From Trichoplax adhaerens (taxonomy: Eukaryota > Animalia > Placozoa), in assembly GCF_000150275.1 (NCBI RefSeq), contig NW_002060956.1:1486280-1550279 (forward strand): a stretch of 64,000 nt of DNA, written 5' to 3'. The notes under the pieces were generated by a model. It was not told the origin of the DNA. It worked only from the letters and a program-made list of their open reading frames with translations, and did no database searches. Below are positions 27,424 to 41,937 of the stretch, piece after piece (within the stretch, counting starts at the first letter, position 1; every line of letters begins with the position of its first letter). Made by a program: the position numbers and the translations under genes.

Positions 27424-30312
27424 CACTCCAATTAATTACTACACGACTATTATACGAGTTTCGCCTATAATGGTTCACTTAAAAGAGAGTTAAAACAGAA
27501 TAACATAAGCTAATATGACTTACCTTTGTGCTATAAGCAGACTATTGGAAGGATACTAGATAAATTAATGTTACTATATTTAACGAGCACGTATTACTGC
27601 ATAAATCAAATGAATAAAAAATTTAGCTTATCAAAACATTTTCTGTTTTGTGGGTGTATCAGTGGACGACTGATCTATGATGTAAAAAATTTTACCAAGA
27701 GAGGTTAAAGTATATTAAGAATACGATATATTATTTATTATTTATAAGTGGGTTCTTGTACAGTCTATAGTAACTAATTCAGGAACTGAATGATCGTAAT
27801 ATAAATAGTCTGGACTACAATTAATTTATGCGTACAATCAAGTAAGAGTTAAAGAACTACAGTACTTGTTTAAACACTTATAACAAAATATTTATGCATT
27901 GGATGGCTGTAAGAGATTTTAAGGCTCATCAATACAATTGTTTACGATCCGTACAAAATACAATATTTCGACATGTGCGATATTAAATCCTAAATAATGG
28001 ATGAGGTTGTTGACGATAAATTATCCATCCTTCCTTAAATTATTTAATTCATATTTATTCACAGTTTATTATCCTAAATTCATACCTACAATTCTCAAAA
28101 CAGCGAATTAAAGGCTGTTAGAAAAGCCTTTGACCAAATAGGCATTTAGCATTACCTACTGCGATTTGAAGCGCCGTAAGTAGCTAAATTATAATTTAAT
28201 GCTTTTAAGCGCCAATATAGAGTAGAAAATATACATAAAAATTTAAACTACCAATAACATTAGCAATTTTGGGGGATTTAGAATAAATAACCTGGACGTT
28301 AACAATGGTTACTAATTTAGCAATCTCTTTTATTAGCTTGTAATACGTATTCATAATGACCATCTCTTAAATTAATTATCATAACTATATTAATTCAGTT
28401 TTTGGTTTATTGGTTGCCTTGAATACGGATTCCCAATTGAATCCTACTGAATAAATTATTTTGTCCTGCAAGCGCTTGATAATTCAATTTAGCTACTAGA
28501 TAATGTTTATTTTATATCCAATAGTATTGCCATGAATAATAGCGAGCTAATTTGAAGATTTTATCAGTCTTTTAGAAAATCTATAATTAGGAATAAATTA
28601 GTTTTTACCGCAATTTTTATCGGTGAAAATTATAGAATTGTTTTGGAAACCATTTTCAGTCACTTATTTAATATTAATTAACTTGGTACATGGAAGGTGT
28701 AAATCGTTTAATTAATTGTTATTATCATTATAAATTCCAACAAATACAAAGGTGTTACTCCTATTAGTGTAATATACTGGACTAGGCTTTTGCTCAATAA
28801 ATAAACACTGTCGATAAAGTTCATAAATAGTATTTATTCTCCTAAGTTACGAAATTAATTAGGACAATAAATTTAGCCATATACAGGAATATAGCGCTTG
28901 AATTCAATTCGAAATATACATAATAGAACACAGTAATAAATGTATCAAGTTATGTGTAGTGTAATGATGTTCTGGAACTGTTCTGTGTTAACAGAAAGTA
29001 TCATACTACCATCAAAAAGTAGAGCGGCTGTATATACAACGACATTACTAGGGATAGTTTAGACCAAGATATACCAAATTGGTTTCTAAATTCAACTTTA
29101 TGCCTTCTTAATATCAAATTTTATCTATCCAGTCCAAGTGAGATTTTACTTTGCTTAATTTTTATCTTATTCAAATTGTATCAATGCTAAAATAATTTAC
29201 TACATACTATTAAGTATAAATCTTAAAATAAAGGTTACTCTTGCCGTAAGATTACCCTTTAAGTTTGTTGCATTTACTTAGACTAGTTAATTCTTGTGCA
29301 ATTAGTAGTGACGGCACTATAAACGTTGGGATCAGCTTTCAATTTACAAAGATTTTTGCGAAAGCGTCTGCAGTAAAATAAGGTCGCTACTCGAATTGAA
29401 TATATTTGCTGATTTCAGTAAGTAGATATGTTTACACCCATGTAAGTATTTGATTAGAAAAAATAATTTTTTGAAATAATTCATTTCGTCTTTATAAATT
29501 TTAATCAATACGATAAGTAAAAAAGTATGTTGCTATGAGTCATTTCTAAATTATTAATTAGCAAAGCAAATGAGCAAAGGAGTCATTCATCCAAACTATG
29601 CAATCCTTCCTCCAAAATAGCTTCTTAGTTACATTATAATGATGAATACATGATGTATAAAAGAAATCAATATTGTACAAGAAGTCATAAGCGATAATTT
29701 CCGTTTATTCCTACTCACATACTAAATTTGAACAGATTTAAACATAGTTAATACTATTAAAAGATGCCCAACAAAAATAAAAGGTAATACATTGATGTCA
29801 TAAATTTTGATGGAATGACAGGCAATCATTAAATTTTACAAATGACATTTCTCATAACTTAACAAAATGTGCCTACTCGGATTATTTTGATGCACTAGCA
29901 ATTCTATTGAATACAAGAAAGCTTAATTCTAACTTAATCCCTATTTTAGACAGTTTAGTTGATGTTGTTAAATGTCTAGCACTCCAATCAGCACGTTACA
30001 TAAGTTCCTACAGATCAGTATATCAGATTTAACAAATGTAGGCTATTCATAAAACGTTAATACTAAATTATTAGAAACGCATTGACGATACAAGTTAATC
30101 GGTGAATCAATTTGATTTGCGAAATTAAAAATTTTAGGAAATTTCAATTCAATGATAGTAAATTTCTGACTTGTACGCCACTAACCCTCATTTGATCTAA
30201 TTGAAAATAACAAAAGTAGACGAAAACATATTATCCTATAAATATTATTATGTAATTTTCTAAAAGGTTTAAATTAGATAGAAAAATAAAACATAAATAT
30301 CATATTAATAAT

Positions 30313-31422
30313 TTAAGCAATAATACTATTTTGTGATTTCGAAATGGTTGTAGTTTCGGAATGCGATAAACCTTTACTATGGCAACAGCCAAGTTTTCTA
30401 TAAAATCGACGAAATAATCGTGAGGATAGTAAGGAATAAATGATAGGATTAAACGCTGCGTTGGCGAATACCAAAAAGAAACAAATTGGAATAATACCGT
30501 GATGAATTCGCATATTTGAATCTTGTATTAATATTACAATAACAGTAAATGGAAGAAAAGCAATAAAACTAGTCATCGTAATGAGGACTACTAATAATAA
30601 AATGCGTTTCTCGCCTGATGAACCAGATTCTACAGGTCTAACAGCCATTCGTGTTTTACGTATATGGTGTGCAATAGCTAGGTATAAAGCGATCATGATT
30701 AAATATGACAAGCACATGATAGCAATCGTTATAAATACCATAGATTTCAATAATATATCATGAAAACTACCAACGTAACATAAATTTACAAAAATATTAT
30801 AACTGTCACTACCATCATAGTCGATAAAAAATCTTGATCTAATAGTAATTATGAGTGAAATGGATATACCAATGAGCCAACATAGAACAACGATTATTTT
30901 ACTACGATTAAGATCGATTTTGTATCTACTATTAATGAATACGAAAGTAATATAACGATCAATAGCAATAAATAATGTTATAATGTGCGACATGGTTATA
31001 CTGACGGCTAATAACATTCTAGCGACAGAGCATGCTGGGCTGATTAACCATAAATTTGTTCGATTGGGCATACGATTATTGCCCATGCTATAGAGTTTAG
31101 GCTTATTAGTAGCATAATATGCGTCACTTGCTACAACCAGTAATAAGTACAGTGAGCCACATAGATCGGCGACGGCTAAATTTTTAATTAAAAAAATGGA
31201 GACACGATTTAATTTAATGGTTGTTTTCTTAACAGTTCGAGGTTGATGAGTATTACTGGCAGGAGCTTGAGTGGTATATGGGCCAACTCTAACTGATATT
31301 TTTCTTAATTTTGCTCTTTGAAGTATGACATATAAGTTGGATAGGATACCAATACATGATAGACACCAAGCGACGCTTTTAGCGGTAATATTATCCTCAA
31401 GTAAAGAGTAAGTCTCAACCAT
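30313..31422 (-). CDS. Intronless rhodopsin-class GPCR with an LGR/RXFP(GRL101)-like 7TM domain, 369 aa
   Basis: Seven hydrophobic segments. TM2 IKNLAVADLCGSLYLLLVVASDAYY, ECL1 W..SPAC, TM3 IAIDRY, ECL2 NLC, TM7 NAAFNPIIYS. Confidence 0.92.
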   Translation of the reverse strand: MVETYSLLEDNITAKSVAWCLSCIGILSNLYVILQRAKLRKISVRVGPYTTQAPASNTHQPRTVKKTTIKLNRVSIFLIKNLAVADLCGSLYLLLVVASDAYYATNKPKLYSMGNNRMPNRTNLWLISPACSVARMLLAVSITMSHIITLFIAIDRYITFVFINSRYKIDLNRSKIIVVLCWLIGISISLIITIRSRFFIDYDGSDSYNIFVNLCYVGSFHDILLKSMVFITIAIMCLSYLIMIALYLAIAHHIRKTRMAVRPVESGSSGEKRILLLVVLITMTSFIAFLPFTVIVILIQDSNMRIHHGIIPICFFLVFANAAFNPIIYSLLSSRLFRRFYRKLGCCHSKGLSHSETTTISKSQNSIIA

Positions 31423-34400
31423 GACGAAAGTAACTTGTTACCTTCAACTTGAAGAACTTTAATGGTCGTCGAATAATTTTATAGGTAAACAAAATTGAAC
31501 ATTAGCCTCGATAGAATAAGTAGCCAGAAAGCTTGATAGAGTACAGATCGTTCGACTGCCACAATGTTGGTTAATGCATTAGCTTAAATAGTATAGGATT
31601 AATATATCCAAAATGGTTTCTTTTGGAGCTAATATCAGTTGATTGCGACTACTACACAATACTTCAGACTACTACTATCTAGGGTATCAAAAATTTTATT
31701 TAAGCAAAATGAAGTGGATATGATCAAGAAATCACATTATAATGTGGCCAAGCTGAATCAAAATAAAAATGCATATAACACCAAGATGTGTCTTATGTAG
31801 TGATACTACGGTTTCCTTTTTTTCACCTTTAACTTGTAATCGTTGATGTTCTCCTCGTTGTAAATAATTAGTAAACATTAAAGTTACAGCTACTGCTTTT
31901 TAAATAACTATCAAAATTGAATCAATAACGATGTTTCAAGTATGATGTGTAGTATTTACTTTACATTCATAAAATTGATGATAGCTTGATTGATACCAAC
32001 TCAACTAAATAGAAATGTTGAGATAATAAAAAATCGACTATAAATTATTGGCTAGGGATGAATTATATCTTCATCAACTGGCAATCATTGGACAATAGCT
32101 GAAATTTTGGATATCAGTTGTTGTTGTTATCAATTTTAAATCAGACAAAGCCATTGTCTCGTTATAAAATCCCGAATACACTGATATAATCAGCCGATAG
32201 TATAGTAGTAGTAATAGCCAATGTATTATTATCGTAATTTGCTGTTAGCTTAATAGCAGATTTGACCATCAAATTTCATGAAAGAGGACGTTTTATGATG
32301 ATATTAAAGGTATATGCAGGTGATATTTTAATTGAATATGAATAATGATTGTGATAGATACAGTATTGAGTAAAAAATTGTAATTGTCGAATGGGCTAAT
32401 CAAGTTATGTAATCAACTGAGTGGTATAAAATTACTCTACCAGAAATGTTTCTATCTAAACATTGCCTAGATACCGTAGCAACGTATCACGTAGACGATA
32501 GTTGAGTAAATCGTTGTTTAATCTTCACTATAATTATATACTATGAAGAAGCGAACTGAGTTTGTACATCACACCAAGATTGAATTAAGAAAATTATCAA
32601 TTATAGATTGATTTGATAATGCAAGATAAATATCGCTGAATAAATGTCATTAATTAAAACCGTTATTCTAGACGGATTTATCAGTAGAAGAAGATGGAAT
32701 ACTAATACTAGCTTTTAATTCTTTTAGCCATTTAATCGAATACGTAACAAAATGAAATAGAAGACACTGATCGGTCTCCGTGATAAAGAGGAAAACTTGC
32801 CGCAGTTATCAAACCTTGGCAAGGAATTGATAATTAAGACAGCCGATAAGCAGATATTATCATTTTATTTATATTTATTCTTTTCCATCAAAGTTATTGT
32901 ACCGCGACGATCTAGCTTTGACCATTTATTGCTCCTTTGACTACGTTTTCTAAGTGGTGTACACTATTGTCTACTAAAGTAATAACAAGTACAGGTCTTC
33001 TTGGAGTAAATATAATTTTACAAAGCTTATTTTTGTTTTCATGTGTTGTATCTTCCTACTTTAGTGATGTATGAAGCGGTAACAATATATCCAATTTATC
33101 ATTATTTATTTTAATGTATCATAATAGCTTTCAGTCTCTGGTTTAGTTTAAAAATTGAATAATTGTAACCGGAGGAAAAGTTGTTGTCAAATTTTTGACT
33201 AAGATAAAAGAATCGTCATGACCTTACATATTATATTGGATAAACTTTCTCGTAATTCTATTGAAGAATGATATTGTTTTAATATATCTGTCTTGCATCC
33301 TTCAGATTATTGTCAAGTTTTAATGGCATAATTTGTCCATGCGCTATTTTTCGATTTTCGTTATAAAAATGATCGAAATATTAAGCAATTATAACATCGA
33401 TGAATTCAACTGTAGATTGCGAAAGGAAGTATCGGAAAGTGATCTTATATTGATTACAGTTGGATTCAATTTTTGAATGCCGTAGGCTTAATGATTACGT
33501 AAGATTTTAAAAATTGGACTTACGTTTGTCAATTTTATCTGCTATTAACTTAAAATCTCTAGAATGAATATCTGTGAGTGTTACAGTAAAATTGATTATG
33601 AGAGAAACAACAATGGCGGTCCAGTACTGTAAAACCAATCATGTCGAATCATTTAGTTTGACCGACCATCAATCATAGCTAAAACAATTTTAACGTCATT
33701 TTAAGCCTTAAGCTGCGGTAACTCAATAGATACGTAAGTCAATAACAACAGAATGAATTACATTGTCATGACATTGCATACTCGTACATAATACTAAATA
33801 ATGCATTTCAACATCACTTTCCTTGGAAAGGATTACACTGACTACCTAAAGATATGTATCATTATGCTGTACTTGCATGCATGGTCTTCTATCAAAAAGC
33901 CCCTTGTAGTCTACGGTAGTTTCTCAATGATTATATACTCCATGTACAGATGCCGAAAAGTATTATTCTTTGAATCACGGTATTATGTACAACTAACAAT
34001 AGTGCCATAATGACTATCATCGCTATGGAAAACATTTAACTCTCTGTAAATTCTAAAAGGATAACTCTACATATAGTAGTTTGACATAATAGATTGTATT
34101 AGTCAAAGAGCTTTTCAATACCGCTAAATGGTATAAGTGATGAATTTTTTTAGACGAAAGCCTGTAGTTTATAGGTATTGGGCATTATTACTAAATTGTT
34201 TTTTTACATGGGTATTCAACTATTTTATGAATCAACCCTTTGATTCAAATTTTTTAACGCTGTCCCATCCCAGTAGGAGGGCACTTTATTTTTTTGTATG
34301 CCGCACTTTATTGCTACTGTATACCAAGGATCAATATTCGTATAAATACTTACTCGCATATCCGTACCGTCTATGCTCTTATTCTGAATTCATTTGTTCA

Positions 34401-36762
34401 ATAAAATGACTCAATGCATTCAGACTACAAAATTTGCTATTATATATTATTATAATTACTTTCAATTTTATTTTTGTAATTTGATATTGATTAGTTCGTT
34501 ATGATAATAATATTTAAATTGCAAGATTACCACGATTAATTTTTACATACGTTTTACAATTATCATCCGTCAACGAATATTTTCTGTCTGAATAACATTG
34601 ACCTTGTAAAATGGGAATACCAATACATTAATAGCTATAGAAACATGCGTATAGTAAAATTAACTTGATTTTTATTTTTTTCTTCCGGTTAAATTAAAAA
34701 TGTTAGTTGATAACGACATCATCGATCGTTAAGCCTATAATTTTCTACTTTAATATTTTTTGTGTTCACAATATCAATGAATAACATCGCATGATTAAAG
34801 TAGCCGTAAGCTATTATAATAAAATATCTATACCGTTACAAGCACAAGATGTCGACGGTGGCAATACGTAGATGCGCTATAATATTGAATTTTGCCGTAT
34901 ACAAAAAAATATTTTAATACCCTTATATGTCACAGTCATATCTCATTGCATACCGGCATTTGTATTAAATCAATAATGGCATTGTAGGAAATGATATTGC
35001 ATAACATAAGTAAAGTATTCTGTAGTTATTATTTAAGCTATCTACCCGAACTTATGAAGTATCCTGTAACAATTTGACAGTTATGTCATTGTACTATTAA
35101 ATGCAGCATCTTGCAATAAGCTTCGTAAGTATTGGATAGGATAATGCGACAACTATATACAAGAATTAGATGTAGTTTGATATACAATACCTTACCTTCT
35201 CGATACAGGCTATAATTACTTTTCTCATTATTGAAATCTTGAAGTATGAACTTACAGTTGATAATAGCAGCAGCCAGTAGAGTATTTTGTCCGAAAAATA
35301 GATTCTTCAGATAAGTTTTCGATTAGTCTCGATGTTGGACCTCATAAGGCTATAACCCTTCATCGCAAGTTCTACTGGTAAAATAGAACTCTCGACAATT
35401 GATCGATGTCTTAAATTGATAACTTAGACGACGATCCATCGATACGATAAATGCCATCGATTCTCAGGTAAGTAAAGTTAATATAACGCAAATACAGGAT
35501 CTTAACGGAAACTCTCTGTTTAAGCCCCTTTAGGCAAACAACAAGAAGTGAATTCAATCTACAGGACAGGATACACTGTCGATAAGGCAAGTTCAATGAT
35601 GCCAATATCCAAGAGTCTTGTTTATTCAGGACCGTTTATGGAATAATATACCTTTGTTAGTAACTATATCTGTACAATAGCAAGATGATATGCTTTAGCA
35701 TAAGAACCGATGTTATCAACCTCTCTTGCGCTTATAGGTCTCATCAACAAACATTACCATGGTCCTATCAAGAAATGATCTACCATATTATTCAATCTCA
35801 ACAATGGTGAAGAGCGTAAAAAGAATAAAGTAGTCTCTATCATCGCCATCTATCACGTACAAATGATAAATTGTATGATCCTGTGCGCCGCGAAATATAA
35901 AAGAGGATCGTGTTTTAGATCTGTTAAAAGAAAGCGATTATTGTATTTTCGGTAAAGTTTTCGCTTATTACAGATATTCAATGACATGACGGAACGTAGT
36001 TAGAAAATAGAATTCGTTTTTTTTCAAGTTATTCACGCACACACGTGTATCTCATGACATTGTAGTGGACGCGATGTGGGCCCGTATTTTCAGAATACGG
36101 AGAATTGGTGAGTCAAAATGGATGAACTTGCAATATAAATGAAAGATGACAGATGAGTCATCTCATGTGATTGATCAGGCCTGGAAAGTGTAACAAAACC
36201 TGTTCTACTAACTGTAATCAGAGTATAGATCATTCAGATCAAGAATCTGAGATTTTGAGCTTTCCTTTGCTTTAGTCTACTTTATTTGGAAGGCCAAGCC
36301 AAACGCGATATCATACTGTACACATGTTATCGAGACATAAGAACTGTGACAACAAATCAGCTCTAGTACGAACATAACTTTAATACCATATCCTAATGCA
36401 CGTGAACATTTGTAGCATGCGATCTTAATCTACAGTGGTACAGTAGATAAGGTTTAGATAAGCCGTAAATAGTATTGTGCGATATCTAGGATTCCTCACG
36501 TTCTATGGCGAGTACACTACAAGGTAACAAGCAGTAGTTTACAGGACAGGCAATGTTGCGACACAAGTAATTTTTTAATAGCAGATTTCATTACTGATTC
36601 TCTACCGATTGAGATACTGCGTAATAGTACAACAAGCTCTGACAGACAAGGAAAACTTCTTACAACAGCAGATCTTAGAAAAAGAAGGAGTAAGAATAAC
36701 AATAACAGAAAAGCAATAGCTGCTTCAATACGTTATCTAACTTGTTGACAACAACAGTTTAT

Positions 36763-37553
36763 CTAATAGCTTGACTACATATGGCAACGAAAAATAAATA
36801 AACTTGATTTCAAGTTAAAGATGACTGAGTTCAAAGAAAGAGAGATGGAATTATCGATGCAGGATGATAGTGAAGAGGATTCAAATGAAACAAGACAAGG
36901 ACTCCTACGCAGAGAATTTCAGCTTGCACAGAATAAATAAAGAGCTGATACGTAATCATAAAATGACTCATTCGTCTTGATTGGATTGATGACAGGGAAT
37001 CGCTACAGTATAATTATGGGATGCAAGGGTAGCTGACATGGGGCCATAAAATGATTCATTCCCAAGAATGATGAGCTAAGTGCCGTCAATAGGAAAGAGT
37101 CACTTTGGATGGTGATTTACTTAGCTACTTATTCATCGTCTGTCCACACTAAATTGGCTACTAATAGCTTGACTACACATGGCAACGAAAAATAAACTAG
37201 CTTTCAAATTAAATATGCCTGAGTTCAAAGAAGGAGAGATGGAATTATCGATGCAGGATGATAGTGAAGAGGACTCAAATGAAACAAGACAAGGACTCCT
37301 ACGCAGAGAATTTCAGCTTGCTCAGAATAAATATAGAGCTGATACGTAATCATAAAATGACTCATTCGTCTTGATTGGATTGATGACAGGGAATCGCTAC
37401 AGCATAATTATGGGATGCAAGGGTAGCTGACATGGGGCCATAAAATGATTCATTCCCAAGAATGATGAGCTAAGTGCCGTCAATAGGAAAGATTCACTTT
37501 GGATGGTGATTTACTTAGCTACTTATTCATCCTCTATCCACACTAAATTGGCT
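36763..37553. repeat. Near-identical head-to-tail duplication of a ~395-bp unit (36763-37160 and 37161-37553)
   Basis: Both copies begin ctaatagcttgactaca and end cacactaaattggct. They differ by scattered substitutions and small indels. Confidence 0.93.
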
Positions 37554-37927
37554 CCTCTGTCATCATGGATGAATACAGTGCGTTTTGTCGACAGTAAGTC
37601 ACTGACATATCACTGGAAAATGATTCGTTCTCAATAGGCTCTACCTCCTTCATTGAAAATGAACGACTTCAGAAAGACAGGTTAACTATTCTAGCATCTC
37701 CTATCTAACCTTGACCCTCATGTTATCCTTGATCAATAGTATGCATTTCGTCTAGTATCTGCCTAGTTCAAGCTGGGCGCAACTGTACTACTGTACGTAC
37801 GTATGCGTCAATGAGGTCAAGAATCATTTCAACGGTAACATGTCCACTCTTCATTCGTCCCAAATCGATTGTCATTGGACTCTTCTGTCATCATGAATCA
37901 TCTCAACATAGATAGGGTGGGCATGCA

Positions 37928-38391
37928 AAATGATTTATTCTTAATGAACGATATGCCATTGTATTATAAAAATGAGGGAAAATGAAAGATATGCCACTAT
38001 ATTATAAAAATGAGGGAAAATGAACGATGTGCCACTATATTTAAAAATGATTTATTCTTAATGAACGATATGCCACTATATTATAAAAAAGATTTATTCT
38101 TAATGAACGATATGCCTCTATATTATAAAAATGATTTATTCTTAATGAACGATATGCTACTATATTATAAAAATGAGGGAAAATGAATGATATGCCACTA
38201 TATTTAAAAATGATTTATTCATAAGGAACGATATGCCACTATATTATAAAAATGATTTATTCTTAATGAACGATATGCTACTATATTATAAAAATGAATG
38301 ATTTATTCTTAATGAACGATATGCTACTATATTATAAAAATAAGGGAAAATGAACGATATGCCACTATATTTAAAAATGATTTATTCTTAA
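37928..38391. repeat. Minisatellite with two unit variants (~42 bp and ~38 bp) running into an assembly gap
   Basis: Shared core tgaacgatatgccactatattataaaaatga followed by either tttattcttaa or gggaaaa. About 11 units are visible. Confidence 0.93.
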
Positions 38392-38441
38392 NNNNNNNNN
38401 NNNNNNNNNNNNNNNNNNNNNNNNNNNNNNNNNNNNNNNNN
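38392..38441. other. Assembly gap (50 N)
   Basis: Run of N directly after the minisatellite. Confidence 0.99.
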
Positions 38442-41400
38442 TCCCCACAGTAAAAAGTGCTATTTATAATCGTCTATAGCTAGAAATGCTTAAGAATCTA
38501 GTAACACAATTATAACTTGGACAAAGGATGCCAAAGAGTTTATACTATGATACAAGATAGTCATCATTTTCATATTTTGGCATAATATTCAGAAATATTC
38601 TCATTTTTTAGAACGTACCAACCTAAAAATATAAATTACAAAATCATAATAGTTTATATTTATCTTAACCACACCTTGCCACATGTATGTACTGATAATG
38701 TACATGAATTAATAATGAACAACTATTAAGCCATCTGGATTGATTTCTGCAATCTGGCAACGGTTTAATTCATTCCTCACTCTCTATTCTATCGTTTGCA
38801 GATAAATTCATTGGTCGTCGACATCATTCATTTATACAGGATGCGCCATGCTAACATCAACATCACTAATATTGCTTATAAAATTAATTAATTATAGATA
38901 AATAATCAGTTATCATTTTACTCTGTTAAAATTAGACGAAGCTGATTAAATTGTGATAGTTAGTAAAAGGAAATGGATGATGTACTGTAAATCTTAAGTG
39001 TTCATATTAAATTATACAGAATTTACAAATACTCGTACTGCAAATTGTCGTTGTTGTATGTCTTACCGAAGCTTTACGTTAACACTGGAAACATACACTA
39101 AAACTAACTTATAGTAAGGTAGCAATTTGTTATACAGTAAAGGTAAATTTGCAAAGATCTACTATAAGTAGCTGTAATGAAAACTATTTATTTATCAATA
39201 GAAGGTTAATTTATAATTATTAACAATTTATTTGCAAAGTTACTTTGAAAATTTCTTTAGCAATACCTTGATTTCGATAAGTGAACTTATTGAATTTAGC
39301 AATTGCTATTGAGTAGTAGGTTAATCGTACATTTATTGATTTTACTCACCTGAGATACGTATAATATAATTTTATTCCAAATACTTGATGATAATACTCT
39401 GATATATGAAGGGATCAACGTATTAATAATTATTCAAGTGCAGTATAAAATCTGAATAATATTTGCTATAAAGTAAATTATATATACATCTTGCTCACTC
39501 TAATTTATTTACCATTAACCTACTAACCTCAATGTTATAGTAACAGTCCCCATTTGAAATCAGTTTAAGATTACTTCAGTTGTCATGCGCTATATTTTAT
39601 AATTTAATTCATTTTGATATGTGCACTTAAATAATTCTACGAAATTCGGTAATCTTGTTGATATTGGCATGTATTACTGATATATCCGACTGAATATTCG
39701 ACTATTTAAATAATATACCAGCAAGCAATACTTTATTAGCATTTACAAATATGCGGTAGCACGAAGCCACTATATGAAATAAAATTTAAGACGGTTTGAG
39801 TAAATCAGTTCTTTTGGGTTTACTAATGGATTTACGAAATCTAAAGGTCAAACTGTCCTAGGTAGTCATATTATATTTGAAATTGCTTTGAATTATAAAG
39901 TTCTTAATAATTCGCTGTTTTAAATTGACTAAAATTTATATGACGATCTAGATTACTAAATACTTCTGGAGTATTCCTATTATTGTTTGACGTAACTAAT
40001 TGAATCAAAGCACAGCAATGTAAATTATATGAATATTACGTAGTCTTAATTAAGGGCTGACTGAGCTTGTAGTTGTACTTGGCTTCTTTATAATTCTTAA
40101 TACAGTAATGAGAGAATCATTGCTTTGGTTCTGAAGTCATATTCAATAGCGGCAATACTGTCTACAACTAAACTTTCGCTTATTACAGTACTCAAATTAG
40201 CTCATTTATGCAATGGTAACCGATATCTTGCATGAAACCTTTCAATACTACTGAATTTAAAGAAAATATCTAAACTACATAAATTTAAATTAGATTGCTA
40301 TCGACGCCTGAATTCAAGAAAAATATAACTCAAGACGTCGATAATTGTAATTTTATTCCGCTTTTGTAATGGAAGAGTAGTCATAAAGAACTTAAAACTA
40401 AGACATAAAACAAAAATAGTATTAGTGTTAGGAAAGAATTTATCTACTCAAGTGATAATAAAAACACGAGACAAAAAGGAATGATTGTGCCTTATTATTA
40501 TAATTCAACATTTTTAATCTATTACTACAAACGAATAGCCATGACCAAAGTAATAAATACATCGGATGCAGCATCAATTTCACTTAAGATGCTATTATTA
40601 TCTAAGGGATCATGGCGGTCACATAAACATGATTATTCAATTGCGAATAGCTCAGCCTGTCTAGCGTATATATTTTCTTGACAGAAATAGTATAAACAAT
40701 AAGAGTATCTTTAGTTTAAATAAATCCATTATAAATTAAATTTAACATGGCCAGTATGCACACATCATCTATGTTCTATTACGCCCGCACTATTAAATCA
40801 TCACGATATTCTCAAATGAGCATAATATAATATACAGTAACCATCATTGCATGAAACTGCGATACTTCGTATGCTAGTATACAGATAATATTAATATCTT
40901 GGTATGCTATTATTGTACGTGCCTTTTAAAATATAAGTTACTATTACTTGATATTCTATCATAGGTATCTATTGTGGTATCTCACCAGCAACATGTTATA
41001 TCTTCATAGCACTTTTCAAAGCAAGATTCAATCTTATAACAGTGCTCCAACGTCTAACTTATTGAGTACGGTAATGAATTAGAAAGGTAATAGATGCCAA
41101 TTTTACACGTATCTTTGCAACAAAAATCTTCTTTAACGTTTATAGATTGATATGAATAAATTGTCAAACTATTATACAATTTTATATCATCTGTTAGAAT
41201 ACGATACATTCATATCTATATACTGCAATGACCAACTACACAATATACTCGTATGTTGCCAAATTTTGAAAGGATAGTCGGCAATAAGGTCTACATTATC
41301 CAATAAAATATTAGAGAAATCTTTCTTATCGATAAGGCTATAATTTCTTACATTTTAATGCACTTATTAAACTCTGTAATTTTAGTTTTAGCCTACTAAT

Positions 41401-41937
41401 ATCGTAAATATTGTTACCGCAGAAAAATAAAAATGGCCATTTTCACTATATTCATGCAGGCATTCAGTCGGCAGCGCATATCGTGGTAACTAAAATTCTC
41501 TTACATGAAGATCTTTTAGTGTTTTTGTCATGGTACAGTACTAAATTTACTAGAATAAATTATCTAAAGCCATTTATGGCTGCCAAATATAATGTTCGCG
41601 TTTACTTAGAATAGAAAAACTGTTAGCGATAAATAATATCAGTCGTATCGTATTCTTCGATAGAATAAAAACGTTAATTTAATTTCCTGATGTAATTTAA
41701 CGTGTGTAATATTCCAGAATAATATTACAATTCCAGTCTATCCTTGCGGTTGGGTTATATAAAATAGGAATATCTAGACCAATATCAGCCTTAAAATTCA
41801 TTATTATCTTGGATGATAGCAGCTTAGGGATGAAACATAACAAGTCGGCTTTTATACCCAGTAAAACCTATTTTGAAACAAATGCAATGCAGACAGGTAT
41901 TTTTTAGACTTGGCTGATATGGTCCTGGATCTAATAA

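Noticed and set aside
31655-31676. ttcagactact resembling RNase P CR-V
   Set aside because: No complementary CR-I (GGAAGGTCTGA-like) at a suitable distance upstream, where the GPCR coding sequence lies.
34770-34890. Possible decayed GPCR TM2 fragment on the minus strand (HLRIATVDILCL*)
   Set aside because: The similarity is too short and weak to support without a profile search.
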